This document shows, one piece after another, positions 18,966 through 27,496 of a stretch of 27,496 nucleotides of DNA. Source of the DNA: Andalucia godoyi And28 (Eukaryota > Protista > Jakobida); assembly GCA_009859145.1 (NCBI GenBank), contig VRVR01000028.1:6865-34360 (forward strand), given 5' to 3'. The position numbers were made by a program, and so were the translations under genes. Under the pieces are notes generated by a model. That model saw only the letters and a program-made list of their open reading frames with translations. It was not told where the DNA came from and did not search any database. Positions within the stretch are counted from its first letter, which is position 1. Each line of letters starts with the position of its first letter.

Positions 18966-19475
18966 GTGAAAAGTCGTCAATTCGCAAATCTCAATAATCA
19001 CCGTCCTGACAGCTGGCAAGAAGGGATTCAGGGTTTTCGTCAAGCATGGAAAGAATGGAGTGCTGCTGATCATGGTGAAGAGGTGTCTTCTGAAATCAAA
19101 AAGACTGACCGCGCTTCTCTTCATTTCTTGACCCAGGTCATGCGTGAGGACATGGCCTACGATCATCTCTCGTATGCATACCAGATGGGTGACCTTTTGT
19201 TTGGAGCGTCCAAGCCATACCATCCGCCGTCGCAGGCATGGATTGATGCGATGCGCTCTGCCGGTTTCGATATCGAAGTTCATCGTTCGCTCTACCATCA
19301 GCACAACTGCTGGCTGTTCGTGTTTGCGGAGTACGGAGTAGATATGAAGCGTGCCATCTGGTTCCTAGAGTCGGATTCAGGCTTGTTTCGTGCCAGCTGG
19401 ACGAGGGGACACATTGCAAGGAGCTCGACTCCGGAGACCGCGTCGTCCGGCATCATCGATCTCACAAACGAATGA
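18966..19475 (+). CDS. Hypothetical protein, possibly the 3' part of a decayed gene; C-terminal IIDLT SUMO-interacting-like motif
   Basis: 169-codon ORF (GTG start) with globular-looking composition, ending SSGIIDLTNE. The upstream frames contain stops. No family recognised. Confidence 0.35.
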   Translation: MKSRQFANLNNHRPDSWQEGIQGFRQAWKEWSAADHGEEVSSEIKKTDRASLHFLTQVMREDMAYDHLSYAYQMGDLLFGASKPYHPPSQAWIDAMRSAGFDIEVHRSLYHQHNCWLFVFAEYGVDMKRAIWFLESDSGLFRASWTRGHIARSSTPETASSGIIDLTNE

Positions 19476-19790
19476 GTGATCCCCGTAACATTCAGCATCA
19501 TGGTCCGTGCGCATTTGTATGATCGCAGCACTATCTCCTATTTGCAATCCAGTTCCCTAAGAACCCCCCGGGAAGTCATTCGCACGGCAGGACCGTCACG
19601 TTGTTTCTGACTCCACAATCAGAACAAGGAGCCGGTCACTGTAACGTAAACGCAGACGCAACTGGGTTCATACTCGGGAGAGGGCTGGATTGGTGAGGTG
19701 GACAAGGCCCGTGATGTGTTGACTTGTTTCTTCATCTCTCCTTCTTATTGTTATTTACCATCTAAAATTTCAAAGAACATTTGGCTGAGC

Positions 19791-20063
19791 ATGGATAAGA
19801 ACAGACAATGGTGGTGTAACGAACATGTAGGAGACCTTTCAGTACCTTCCCCCTCGCTGAAACCTACCCATCATGCTACTCAACGAGCGCGCGAGCGTGG
19901 CATGCCCATCGAAGAACTGTCGAAACGAAACAGCTACATCAACGCTTTCACGGACCGAGTTTGTGGCGAGCGGATCAACAGCGAGATGGCCGGCATACGG
20001 AACTTCCCTCCCAACCGTGTCTTTTTTGTCCCTTCTTGCTACCCTGTTTCTACCTTCTTGTAA
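19791..20063 (+). CDS. Truncated paralogue of the DUF4258-like gene at 5744-6256, without the KH domain
   Basis: MDKNRQWWCNEHVGDLSVPSPSLKPTHHATQRARERGMPIEELSKRNSYINAFTDRV aligns without gaps to the 6256 copy (about 37 of 57 identical by manual count) and stops after 90 aa. Confidence 0.65.
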   Translation: MDKNRQWWCNEHVGDLSVPSPSLKPTHHATQRARERGMPIEELSKRNSYINAFTDRVCGERINSEMAGIRNFPPNRVFFVPSCYPVSTFL

Positions 20064-20604
20064 TTTTACCGGTTCCTCTATTTTGTTTTCATTGATATTT
20101 TATAGTGAAGAGACGAGGGGTGCGGCATCTTTCCTTTGCTTTCATGAGTTTCGAATGCACGCAGCGCCGCTTCATTCACAAGTTGACATGTGCAATCCGT
20201 AGGCGAATCCGCCCGTTGAATCTCCACTCTCCTGTCCCCAACGCACAATGATGCGCCATCCACATTCCACTGCGCATGATGCATCGGTCAGAAACCGAAA
20301 ACCCACCGTAAGCCTACCGCAAGATCGCGCCAGTCGACGTGTGCTCGTATGCCGACCTCAATTGTGCTGCTCATACAGCTCTGCTCGTGCATCCAACTCG
20401 CACAACGCACTCCGAGATCCGAGTTCAAGTTCCTCAGCAGCTTGTCCATCATCATATTCACGGTTTTGTCCATCCGCGCACTGGGGCACCAACGCACGAA
20501 CCCAGTGGCTCTGTTCTTTCCAATCCCCCTCCATCTTTCATCCTTGTCGTCCTATCTTCGCTTATTGGGCTCTTCTATCATACAGCAATTGACCAAGAAT
20601 CAAG

Positions 20605-21310
20605 ATGCTCCGAGCGTCCAGCGCGATTCTTCTCGCGTGTGTCTTGCACCTCGGACGTTCGCTTGGATCACGATAAGTATTCGCTGTACGACGCACTGAA
20701 CTGTTCCGACACGGCGAACATCACAGCGTGCAGTCGCAAAGTGTGCAATGGAAACGGCGTATTCCAGGTGATCGGCGCTCTTCTCGACATGCCCTGCGTA
20801 TGCTATGCCTCCGATGCCCGCGGATACTGGGCAGGACAGTACTGCGAGAAGTGCCTTCTGGGCTGCGACCCCGCGTCCAACTGCACACAGTGTGTCCGGT
20901 ATGATGACTGGGTGAGCATCAAGGGCGTGGTCCAGCAGCAGCAACAGTCTGTGCAGATGCTGTCGTCGAACGTTTCCTCGCTTCAGAGTGCAATCGCGGG
21001 CAATGCGCACGACATTCTTTCCTTGCTGGCGAGCGACGCCGTGTTCACAAGGTGGTTCTCCACCGTACTGGGTGCGCCTGCCGAGTTTTGGCAAGCGGCC
21101 ACCACCGGAGAATCCAAGCAACTGGGCGCCGTCAGTTCCAAGTTCTGCGTATTATCGGCGTCCCGCATGGCCGCGTACCAAGGCACCGGGTTCGATTTCA
21201 CCTGCCGACCGACCACAGTTGACGGCCAGTGGACCTTGCAATCCTCGAGCAGCGGCCCCAATCTAACGATTGTCTGCGAGTCGCTGTGCTGGACTCTGCC
21301 GCAATTCTAG
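20605..21310 (+). CDS. Secreted Cys-rich EGF-like/coiled-coil protein, paralogue of 1703-2332; needs an intron or frameshift near 20640-20680
   Basis: The frame-2 ORF (20339-21310) has CVC-x4-ARGYWAGQYCEKC-x7-SNC, a coiled coil, and FCVLS...CRPTTVDGQWTL...CESLC, but no ATG before the Cys-rich region. ATG 20605 in frame 1 gives signal-like MLRASSAILLACVLHLG. Confidence 0.65.
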
Positions 21311-21705
21311 CTTCGATAAGTGCCTACGGAGTCGAGGTCACAGAACTCCTTGTCGACTTGGACTCGGAGGTCGCGAACAAGGACGCTGCATGCGCGTTGT
21401 TGCAGAGTGGATTACCAAAAGCACGAGACGATGATGTGACTGCGTTCGCGAACATGAACAATGCGGGTTCTCTCAAGGCACAAATACTGAGCCAGGTGAT
21501 CTCTCTCACCGCCCAGTTTTCTACTGTGGAAGCGTCATACCAGGCGGCATTCCAGAATGAAAAGGTGAAGGAAGGCGTGTCACCAAGCTGTGGGAAACTT
21601 CTCAACAGTTCTGCGAGGAGGTCGTTCCGTCGTTTGGCTTTACGCGCACCAGACTGGAGGATGACGCGGTGGAAAACTGAGAGAGATCACGTGTGTTACT
21701 CCTGA
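21229..21705 (+). CDS. Possible hypothetical helical protein or gene fragment
   Basis: 158-codon ORF with helical-looking composition. No convincing ATG start, it overlaps the preceding gene, and there are competing ORFs on the minus strand. Confidence 0.2.
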   Translation: MDLAILEQRPQSNDCLRVAVLDSAAILASISAYGVEVTELLVDLDSEVANKDAACALLQSGLPKARDDDVTAFANMNNAGSLKAQILSQVISLTAQFSTVEASYQAAFQNEKVKEGVSPSCGKLLNSSARRSFRRLALRAPDWRMTRWKTERDHVCYS

Positions 21706-22205
21706 AACGAGCTGCTGCTCGCCGACGTATCCCATTTTGGCAACATGGTGGAACATCCTTTCTCACGGTGCCCATAACTATGGTCTCTGCGATACTCAGC
21801 CCAAAAGCTGCGCCCCATATCCGAACGCTTCTGCCAAGAAATGGTCGCCAACGAGAGTTCGGCCGTTTGGGATTTTGGTCCATAGTCAAAAAACAAAAAG
21901 AGGATTAAACATAATAAACATTACACTTTCGTTTTCCGAGCGTATGCATTCTTGTTTTTTGACCGGAATCTAGCGTGTCGTTTCTTTGTTTAAAAACATC
22001 TTGGATTTTCAACAGACAAGCATCTCGATGCTGGTGCTGTGGTTTCGACGATGGAGACGCAAACAGACCTACCAGTACAACCAATAGGAACGGAGTGCGA
22101 GGTTCTTACGTTTACCAAGAACAGTACACAAATGTGCTCGATAGAAGAGACAAACAACATACATATTGACCGAATTGTTGGCTACAGAAACATGCAAATG
22201 ACAGA

Positions 22206-24857
22206 CTACAACAACAAACTGAGAACGAAAACGAAGCACACCCACTTGTCCCAGACAGCAAAACGCAACGATCCACTTTCAGAGGACCGGACAACCGGCA
22301 GTGTCAGAGTGCCAAAGTACTCTTTCTGATCATTCACGTTGAAAACAGTCCAGACGACTTTCACCGACGCAGCGTCTTTTGCCACAGCCGAGGGAAGAGA
22401 AAACGAAACAGATGCTGGATGCCCTTCACGATGCCCTTCCGCAATCGGTACAATGGAAATTCCCTGAGGTCCCAGCACTTCTGCGTGCCAGCGAGCTTCA
22501 AATCCTGACCGAAGTACTGGCGATCCTGGCATATTGTACGATACATGGTACTTGCCATCAACGACAGCATTCAGTTTCAAGGGATAGACTTCTGTGCTCT
22601 GCTGACAGAGAGGAAGGCTCGAGATAGCGGAAGTGACAATCTGCTGCGGAAGACTTCCAACGTCAACTGTGATCACCACCGGAACTGCAGTGGAGGACCG
22701 ATTCACGTTGAGGATAACTTGATTTGTTTCTGCAATTGAATTGGGGAGCGAAACTTGGAAAGCCTGAAGCGTTGCAGGTGTGATGCATGGAAGAACTTGG
22801 TAAGAAGCGGTTCCGCAGGCTTGCGTCCACAGCGGCCAGTAGGCACCCGGACATGATGACAAGAAGGGAACAACAACGCTCACAATGTCCCCAGCGTCCG
22901 TTGGATTTTCCGGCCCTCGACAGGTTCCATTCGTGATCTGGAGACTGTCACGAACGGTGCACTGGCAAAGTTGCTGGTTCGGACCAAAAGAGAAGCTATC
23001 GCACGAGCAAGACGCTGTTGAAAAGGCATCCGAATACACACACTTGCCGAAAACGCAATTCGGGCACTGAACGTTACAAGAAGAGCCTCTCCACTCGGTC
23101 CTGCACACACACGTCCCATTGCCGTATCGTCCATCCACACAGTGATCCGTGTTCGTCTGATTGCACAAACACCGCTGCGAACAGTTCCAACCATAATCAT
23201 ACAGAGCACAAATATGGGTATCACATGTCGGAAACTGCGGTGTCGGACGTAATGACAGCAAAAGTTGGTCATCCCCCATGAAATTCTGTGTTCCATTCGA
23301 TGCTGCCATGGAAAAGGTCGTGCTGATCCTGTAAGAATAGTCTCCGATAATAATGTCCGAGAGGGCAGGTATGGGAACAAACGATCCCGTGGACACAGAT
23401 AGAGGGCACTGCCCATTTGGAATGTCTTCAGGATTCGTGTTTCGTAGACAGAATGAACAAAATGCATCATCATGTACCACATCACAGCAAGCAGTGCAAG
23501 AAGCAAGGCTCAGTCTGTTTGCGGGATTCCGAATCACACAGCGTGGCGACTGCGCGCAGCTCAGTGGCGATTGTTCTTGAGGAAATATCGTTACTGCAAC
23601 GGAATCCACGACCTCCACAGTCAAAGTTTTGGTCGACGGAGAGCAGAGAAAGTTGAGCGTTGCATTTCCGAAAGGAGCAACGAAAGAAGCAGATGTTCCG
23701 TTGTCGGGCGCGCACTGACGCGACGGGATAAAAGCAATCTCATCGCCAGCGATGGCATCTCCGATGCTGACCACATGGGAGTCATTGCTCATCACCGTAA
23801 AGGATGCCCCAAAGGACGTCTGGTTCAGGAATGTCCGAAAACATGACTGGTCACTGAGAGCCAATGCACTGGAAGAGTCGGGACAGATGTTCGAGTCTGG
23901 AATGGCCCAATCAGCCGGAATCGTGCTTGTGAGTAAAACGGAGAAATCTTTGATATCTGTAGACACTCGATAGTGTTCCCACAATGGGACAACAGACGAA
24001 GGATCCGCAGCTGGCTGAGAAGCCGAATAAATCAGATTATTACTACCGTACCGGACGGGAATCTCGCCATACCAGCCAACGCCGCCCTGCAATGTACCGA
24101 ACAATTTCGGCGAAATGACCCCTGCAAAGGAAATGTAGTACGAACTTCCACAAGGGGCATCGATGTGCAGTTCAAGCACGCCGACTCCTGAAATTCGGAT
24201 TTCAAACGCTCCTGCATACGCAATGACACTGATCGGGCCTTGCGAGAACACATCGAGATCCGTAAGCAGGGCCGACGTCAAAACTTTTGACGTTCCATCC
24301 CTTCCATAGCAAGTCAACGCAGATGGGCTCGTTGCTTCACATGCTAACCCGGAACCGGAGTAGTGATCAATCCGAAGTCCGTTGATGGCCCCCACATGTC
24401 CACACCACGGAGCCACTCTTGCGACGAGAGCAAACTGGGGGCTGAGTAGCAGGTAGACATTCCCCGAAAAATCCAGGGAAAAGACAATGGCGGTCAGAAT
24501 CGCCTGACAATGGGGGTCTTCATAACAATAAAAGTATCCAGGAGCCACGACACCTTTCGAGAGACAGTCGTACCCGCTGCTGCCCAAGTTGCACTGACAA
24601 ACATTGTTGGCAACACACGTTCCGTCTCTTGCAGCAAATCCACATCCTCCAAACATGCAACACGCATCTGCGTCGTCGGATGGCATGAATGTCTGTGGGT
24701 CTGCGACTGCATTATCTTCAGCTGCAGTCATAAACGCTTCGTAGCGGAGATGAAGCGCCTTGCTGTCAAACGCCCTCTTTGCGTGAACAAGGGCTGCAGG
24801 ACCAAAGAAGGCCAAAAAAATCGCAGAAAGAAGGACGAGATGACGGATCATCTTCAT
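22206..24857 (-). CDS. Large cell-surface protein with signal peptide, EGF-like Cys repeats and hydrophobic (GPI/TM-like) C-terminus
   Basis: ORF open to 25025. ATG 24857 gives MKMIRHLVLLSAIFLAFFGPAALVHA. EGF-like CVANNVCQCNLGSSGYDC and CALYDYGWNCSQRCLC...GNGTCVCRTEWRGSSC. Ends WVCFVFVLSLLL. Confidence 0.85.
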   Translation of the reverse strand: MKMIRHLVLLSAIFLAFFGPAALVHAKRAFDSKALHLRYEAFMTAAEDNAVADPQTFMPSDDADACCMFGGCGFAARDGTCVANNVCQCNLGSSGYDCLSKGVVAPGYFYCYEDPHCQAILTAIVFSLDFSGNVYLLLSPQFALVARVAPWCGHVGAINGLRIDHYSGSGLACEATSPSALTCYGRDGTSKVLTSALLTDLDVFSQGPISVIAYAGAFEIRISGVGVLELHIDAPCGSSYYISFAGVISPKLFGTLQGGVGWYGEIPVRYGSNNLIYSASQPAADPSSVVPLWEHYRVSTDIKDFSVLLTSTIPADWAIPDSNICPDSSSALALSDQSCFRTFLNQTSFGASFTVMSNDSHVVSIGDAIAGDEIAFIPSRQCAPDNGTSASFVAPFGNATLNFLCSPSTKTLTVEVVDSVAVTIFPQEQSPLSCAQSPRCVIRNPANRLSLASCTACCDVVHDDAFCSFCLRNTNPEDIPNGQCPLSVSTGSFVPIPALSDIIIGDYSYRISTTFSMAASNGTQNFMGDDQLLLSLRPTPQFPTCDTHICALYDYGWNCSQRCLCNQTNTDHCVDGRYGNGTCVCRTEWRGSSCNVQCPNCVFGKCVYSDAFSTASCSCDSFSFGPNQQLCQCTVRDSLQITNGTCRGPENPTDAGDIVSVVVPFLSSCPGAYWPLWTQACGTASYQVLPCITPATLQAFQVSLPNSIAETNQVILNVNRSSTAVPVVITVDVGSLPQQIVTSAISSLPLCQQSTEVYPLKLNAVVDGKYHVSYNMPGSPVLRSGFEARWHAEVLGPQGISIVPIAEGHREGHPASVSFSLPSAVAKDAASVKVVWTVFNVNDQKEYFGTLTLPVVRSSESGSLRFAVWDKWVCFVFVLSLLL

Positions 24858-24892
24858 TTGGATTGGGAAATCGAGGGATGATAAAGTATATA

Positions 24893-24924
24893 CTGCAAAA
24901 ACAAGGAAGGAAAAAAAAAGGAAA
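24893..24924 (-). promoter_or_regulatory. Polypyrimidine tract + CAG, 36 nt upstream of ATG 24857 (splice-acceptor-like or T-rich leader element)
   Basis: Minus strand reads TTTCCTTTTTTTTTTCCTTCCTTGTTTTTGCAG. Similar tracts precede several other starts. Confidence 0.35.
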
Positions 24925-25522
24925 CGGGACTTTAACCGAGCAACGGCACTAAAGCTTTTGAGATAGGTTGCAGCAGCAGGGATATTCTCGAAACCCAATA
25001 TCCAACCCCAGAAAATTCGACGCACAGAAATCCTGCGGAAATGCCTTGCTTTGTTCTTTGGGCACCGGCCAAAATTCGAAAATTCGGCGAGGATTCGACG
25101 CCGCCGAGATGAACGCCCCAGAACAATGGCCGATCTGAGCGAAAACAGAAGACGGATGTTCGGAATGCTGTCCGAGCAAAGCGACTGAAAACAATGCAGG
25201 GGCGTGTTGGGTCAAATCATTCAGCTGTCATCGTAAGCTCACATGTCAATCAAACCGATCGCGCATGCTTTGGCAGCTGTGATTCCAAATGCAGATGTCA
25301 AGATGTCGAGCTTGCCGATTTGGCGTAGCAGCAAGACGGATGGCTCGGACAGTGTTGGTTACAGAATCCGTGAATCAAGACACGTACGTTTCGGAGCAGA
25401 ACGAGGCGAGCAGAGTAAGGTCCCAAAAATTTGCACACAAAGTCAGCAAAAGGTCAGGAGCGACCCACTTTCTGATTTGTGTTTCTTGCTGAACGACGAA
25501 TGAACACGGATGATCAGTGAAT

Positions 25523-26896
25523 ATGATGGAGTCGCATGCCTCTGTTGAGTTCCTCTCGCGGCTGAACATATATCTCATTGTAATCTCTCTGTTCACAATC
25601 ACATTCAATGTCTTGTACGACATTTCAGAGTTTGCCACGATTCCAGATAACCTTCGGATAGGTTTTTGTCTGGTTGCGATTTGCGGTGCCATAACACTGA
25701 TTGCTGTTATGTTGTACTTCTTGCAAGAATCCTTGCTTCGAGATACCTTAGAGAAACGGTTTGTAACCGAGGAGATGCCTTGTCTGAAACTCGAGGTCCA
25801 CTACCTCATCATGACTGGACTGCTGGTGGCGGGCCTCTTCTTCTACGTAATTGTACAGAGAATTCATCCTTGGCATTTGGTTTTGAATGCCTTCTCAACT
25901 TTTCTTTTGACCGGGGTCCTGCTTTTGTTGATTAGCGGATCCTACTCGCTGATGACGGGCTACGAAGAGACTCGCCTTGCTGCAGACATTATTCGATGGA
26001 CACTGTTTGCTCATGCCGTCGCGTCGCTGTTGGTGAATATCCTTCTCTCTGCTGTTTCCGCCGATACTGCTCGGAACATTTTCACGGATGACGAGCCGGG
26101 ACGCAATCTGGTTGAGGTTTTTATTGAGTTTTTTAACATTTACGATATATTTGTCTTGTTCGCAACCGGAGGAGGTTTTGAGCCATTTTTCTCCGCTGTC
26201 GAAATTCCCAGCGAGTTTGTTGGATCTCCTGGAGCTATGAGTGCGTCAGGAGTTTTCAACAACAGATTCAAGTTTTCTGGAGTGTTCCTGAAGTCTCTCG
26301 TCAAGCCTTTTATCGTCTTCTTGCCGTTCACCGAATGTGTGTTTTCGTTCACGATTCATTCCGATCAGGATAATCTCTCCTATGAATTTCTGGATGTTTT
26401 TGGAGGTGTTTATATTATTTTCGTGATTTGCCTCTTAGCTTCTGTGATCAGAAGACCTACTCTCAAGGGCCTGCTGCAAGACCGCCGTGATGATCAGGAC
26501 ACATTCAAGGACTATCGTAGTTGGGTGACTTTAGTTGTCGTCGCCATCTGTGCAGACATCACTGCTAATGCATTGTCTCTCGCCGCTACTGTGGATGACA
26601 ATAGCATGGGAGCGAACAAAGACTGGAAAGAATCGTGGTGGATGATCGCAATTGGATTCGAAGTGGACATTTTAGCCATTGTCCACTTTTTCTTCTTCTC
26701 CGAAGGGCTTGTTTCAAACTATGTCAAGCAGTTTCTCGTCGTTCGCGGTGTCGCTCGACTATTGTTTGGTGCACTAACCCTCGGTTCATTTGACGCCTCG
26801 ATTGTCGCAGTTTTAATATCACTGAGGAACATCTTTAATATCTTGTGCATTGAAACCCACCTGTTGCGACATTCTCCCGAGACAGAGCCGGCATAA
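25523..26896 (+). CDS. Multi-pass membrane protein of unknown family (about 10-12 hydrophobic segments)
   Basis: ORF 25517-26896, first ATG at 25523, strongly hydrophobic throughout. The C-terminal third aligns with the ORF at 26940-27496. Confidence 0.8.
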   Translation: MMESHASVEFLSRLNIYLIVISLFTITFNVLYDISEFATIPDNLRIGFCLVAICGAITLIAVMLYFLQESLLRDTLEKRFVTEEMPCLKLEVHYLIMTGLLVAGLFFYVIVQRIHPWHLVLNAFSTFLLTGVLLLLISGSYSLMTGYEETRLAADIIRWTLFAHAVASLLVNILLSAVSADTARNIFTDDEPGRNLVEVFIEFFNIYDIFVLFATGGGFEPFFSAVEIPSEFVGSPGAMSASGVFNNRFKFSGVFLKSLVKPFIVFLPFTECVFSFTIHSDQDNLSYEFLDVFGGVYIIFVICLLASVIRRPTLKGLLQDRRDDQDTFKDYRSWVTLVVVAICADITANALSLAATVDDNSMGANKDWKESWWMIAIGFEVDILAIVHFFFFSEGLVSNYVKQFLVVRGVARLLFGALTLGSFDASIVAVLISLRNIFNILCIETHLLRHSPETEPA

Positions 26897-26939
26897 GCGT
26901 AAGGACTGGAGTGATGAAAACTCGACGATTTCCTATCTG

Positions 26940-27496
26940 CTACTCTGTCGAAACCATCAAATGCCTTTCGAGAATAAAAACGTTGAATGTATTGTGCAAG
27001 AAAACAGTTATTGCCACCCAGATGGATGCAAAGTTCGCAAGAACAATTCCACCAACAATTATTCTGGTCACAGAACGGGTCACAATATACAGCCTAAATC
27101 TGTCGGATTCTCTGCCTTTCAGAAAGGCATCCAGATGGAACAGCGAAAAATAGTCTACCATAATGTTAAATGAGAAAATTGCCCAACTTTCTTTCCAGTT
27201 CTCCTTTCCGAACTGATCCGGCTCCAGAGCCATCACGAGCGACAGGAATGCTCCTGCAACATCCATGAGCAGCGCGAGATAATGCTCAAAGACCTTTATC
27301 CTGTCCTTTTCGTCTTCTGGAGCAGCAGGATGTGCAGCCCCGCTCGCCCCAGCAGCAGGTTGTGCAGTCTCTCTTTGATCATCAACTTTTCTTCCCAATG
27401 TTGTGCATACGCCAAATATCGCGAAATACACAATGTACACAATCATCGGAAAAAGTGCTCCTGGCTCGTCTGTGGTGAACCCCAGACCAAGACAAA
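26940..27496 (-). CDS. Paralogue of the 25523-26896 membrane protein; 5' end lies beyond the window
   Basis: The frame stays open to the window edge (CLGLGFTTDEPGALFPMIVY...). ENWKESW...VDYFSLFH...IVTRSVTRIIVG...FLHNTFNVFILERHL aligns with KDWKESW...VDILAIVH...LVVRGVARLLFG...SLRNIFNILCIETHL. Confidence 0.75.
   Translation of the reverse strand, partial: CLGLGFTTDEPGALFPMIVYIVYFAIFGVCTTLGRKVDDQRETAQPAAGASGAAHPAAPEDEKDRIKVFEHYLALLMDVAGAFLSLVMALEPDQFGKENWKESWAIFSFNIMVDYFSLFHLDAFLKGRESDRFRLYIVTRSVTRIIVGGIVLANFASIWVAITVFLHNTFNVFILERHLMVSTE

Noticed and set aside
21324-21883. Minus-strand gene made by joining ORFs 21602-21889 and 21324-21605 through a 23-nt GT-AG intron
   Set aside because: The splice works arithmetically, but the product has no recognisable motif and competes with a plus-strand ORF. 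It cannot be resolved without RNA data.
25012-25086. Three AAAATTCG copies in the divergent intergenic region
   Set aside because: A short A/T-rich motif with irregular spacing that was not noticed in other upstream regions; too weak to call regulatory.
1-27496. Prokaryotic origin, or kinetoplastid-style polycistronic cluster
   Set aside because: No operon-like or Shine-Dalgarno pattern was apparent and the domain content is eukaryotic (EGF-like surface proteins, IFI27-like, DUF1917, NLS/SIM-like tails). Frequent strand switching argues against long directional gene clusters.
1-27496. tRNA, rRNA, CRISPR or telomeric arrays
   Set aside because: The GTTCGA occurrences lack cloverleaf context, and no regularly spaced direct repeats or rRNA-like segments were seen by eye. 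tRNAscan-SE or Infernal would be the definitive check.

Overview
Gene-dense, roughly 50% GC, intron-poor DNA that looks like a microbial eukaryote: genes alternate strands, have long uninterrupted ORFs, T-rich leaders, and EGF-like, Kelch, KH and MORN domains. The organism cannot be identified from this window. I saw no rRNA, tRNA, CRISPR array, transposase or viral hallmark gene. The central ~17 kb is rich in genes whose domain families are linked to anti-viral or conflict functions. The centrepiece is a ~1,516-codon Kelch-Roc-COR-(death-like)-nucleoside phosphorylase (PNP/ATP-nucleosidase-like) gene with an NLR-like sensor/switch/effector layout, interrupted by one in-frame TGA. Around it are a bacterial-type COR-Zn-DUF4365 nuclease gene with an NLS-like tail, an IFI6/IFI27-like protein, a DUF4258/RelE-like RNase-KH fusion (plus a truncated paralogue) followed by a ~127-nt foldback, a DUF1917 (eIF4E-like fold) protein, a PD-(D/E)XK nuclease, a T5orf172/GIY-YIG nuclease and a decayed MOV10/SDE3-like helicase. 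The flanks encode secreted or membrane proteins, some as inverted paralogue pairs. My main hypothesis is a eukaryotic defence island built around ROCO proteins with interchangeable toxic effectors. All domain calls are motif recognition by eye and need HMM or structure confirmation.
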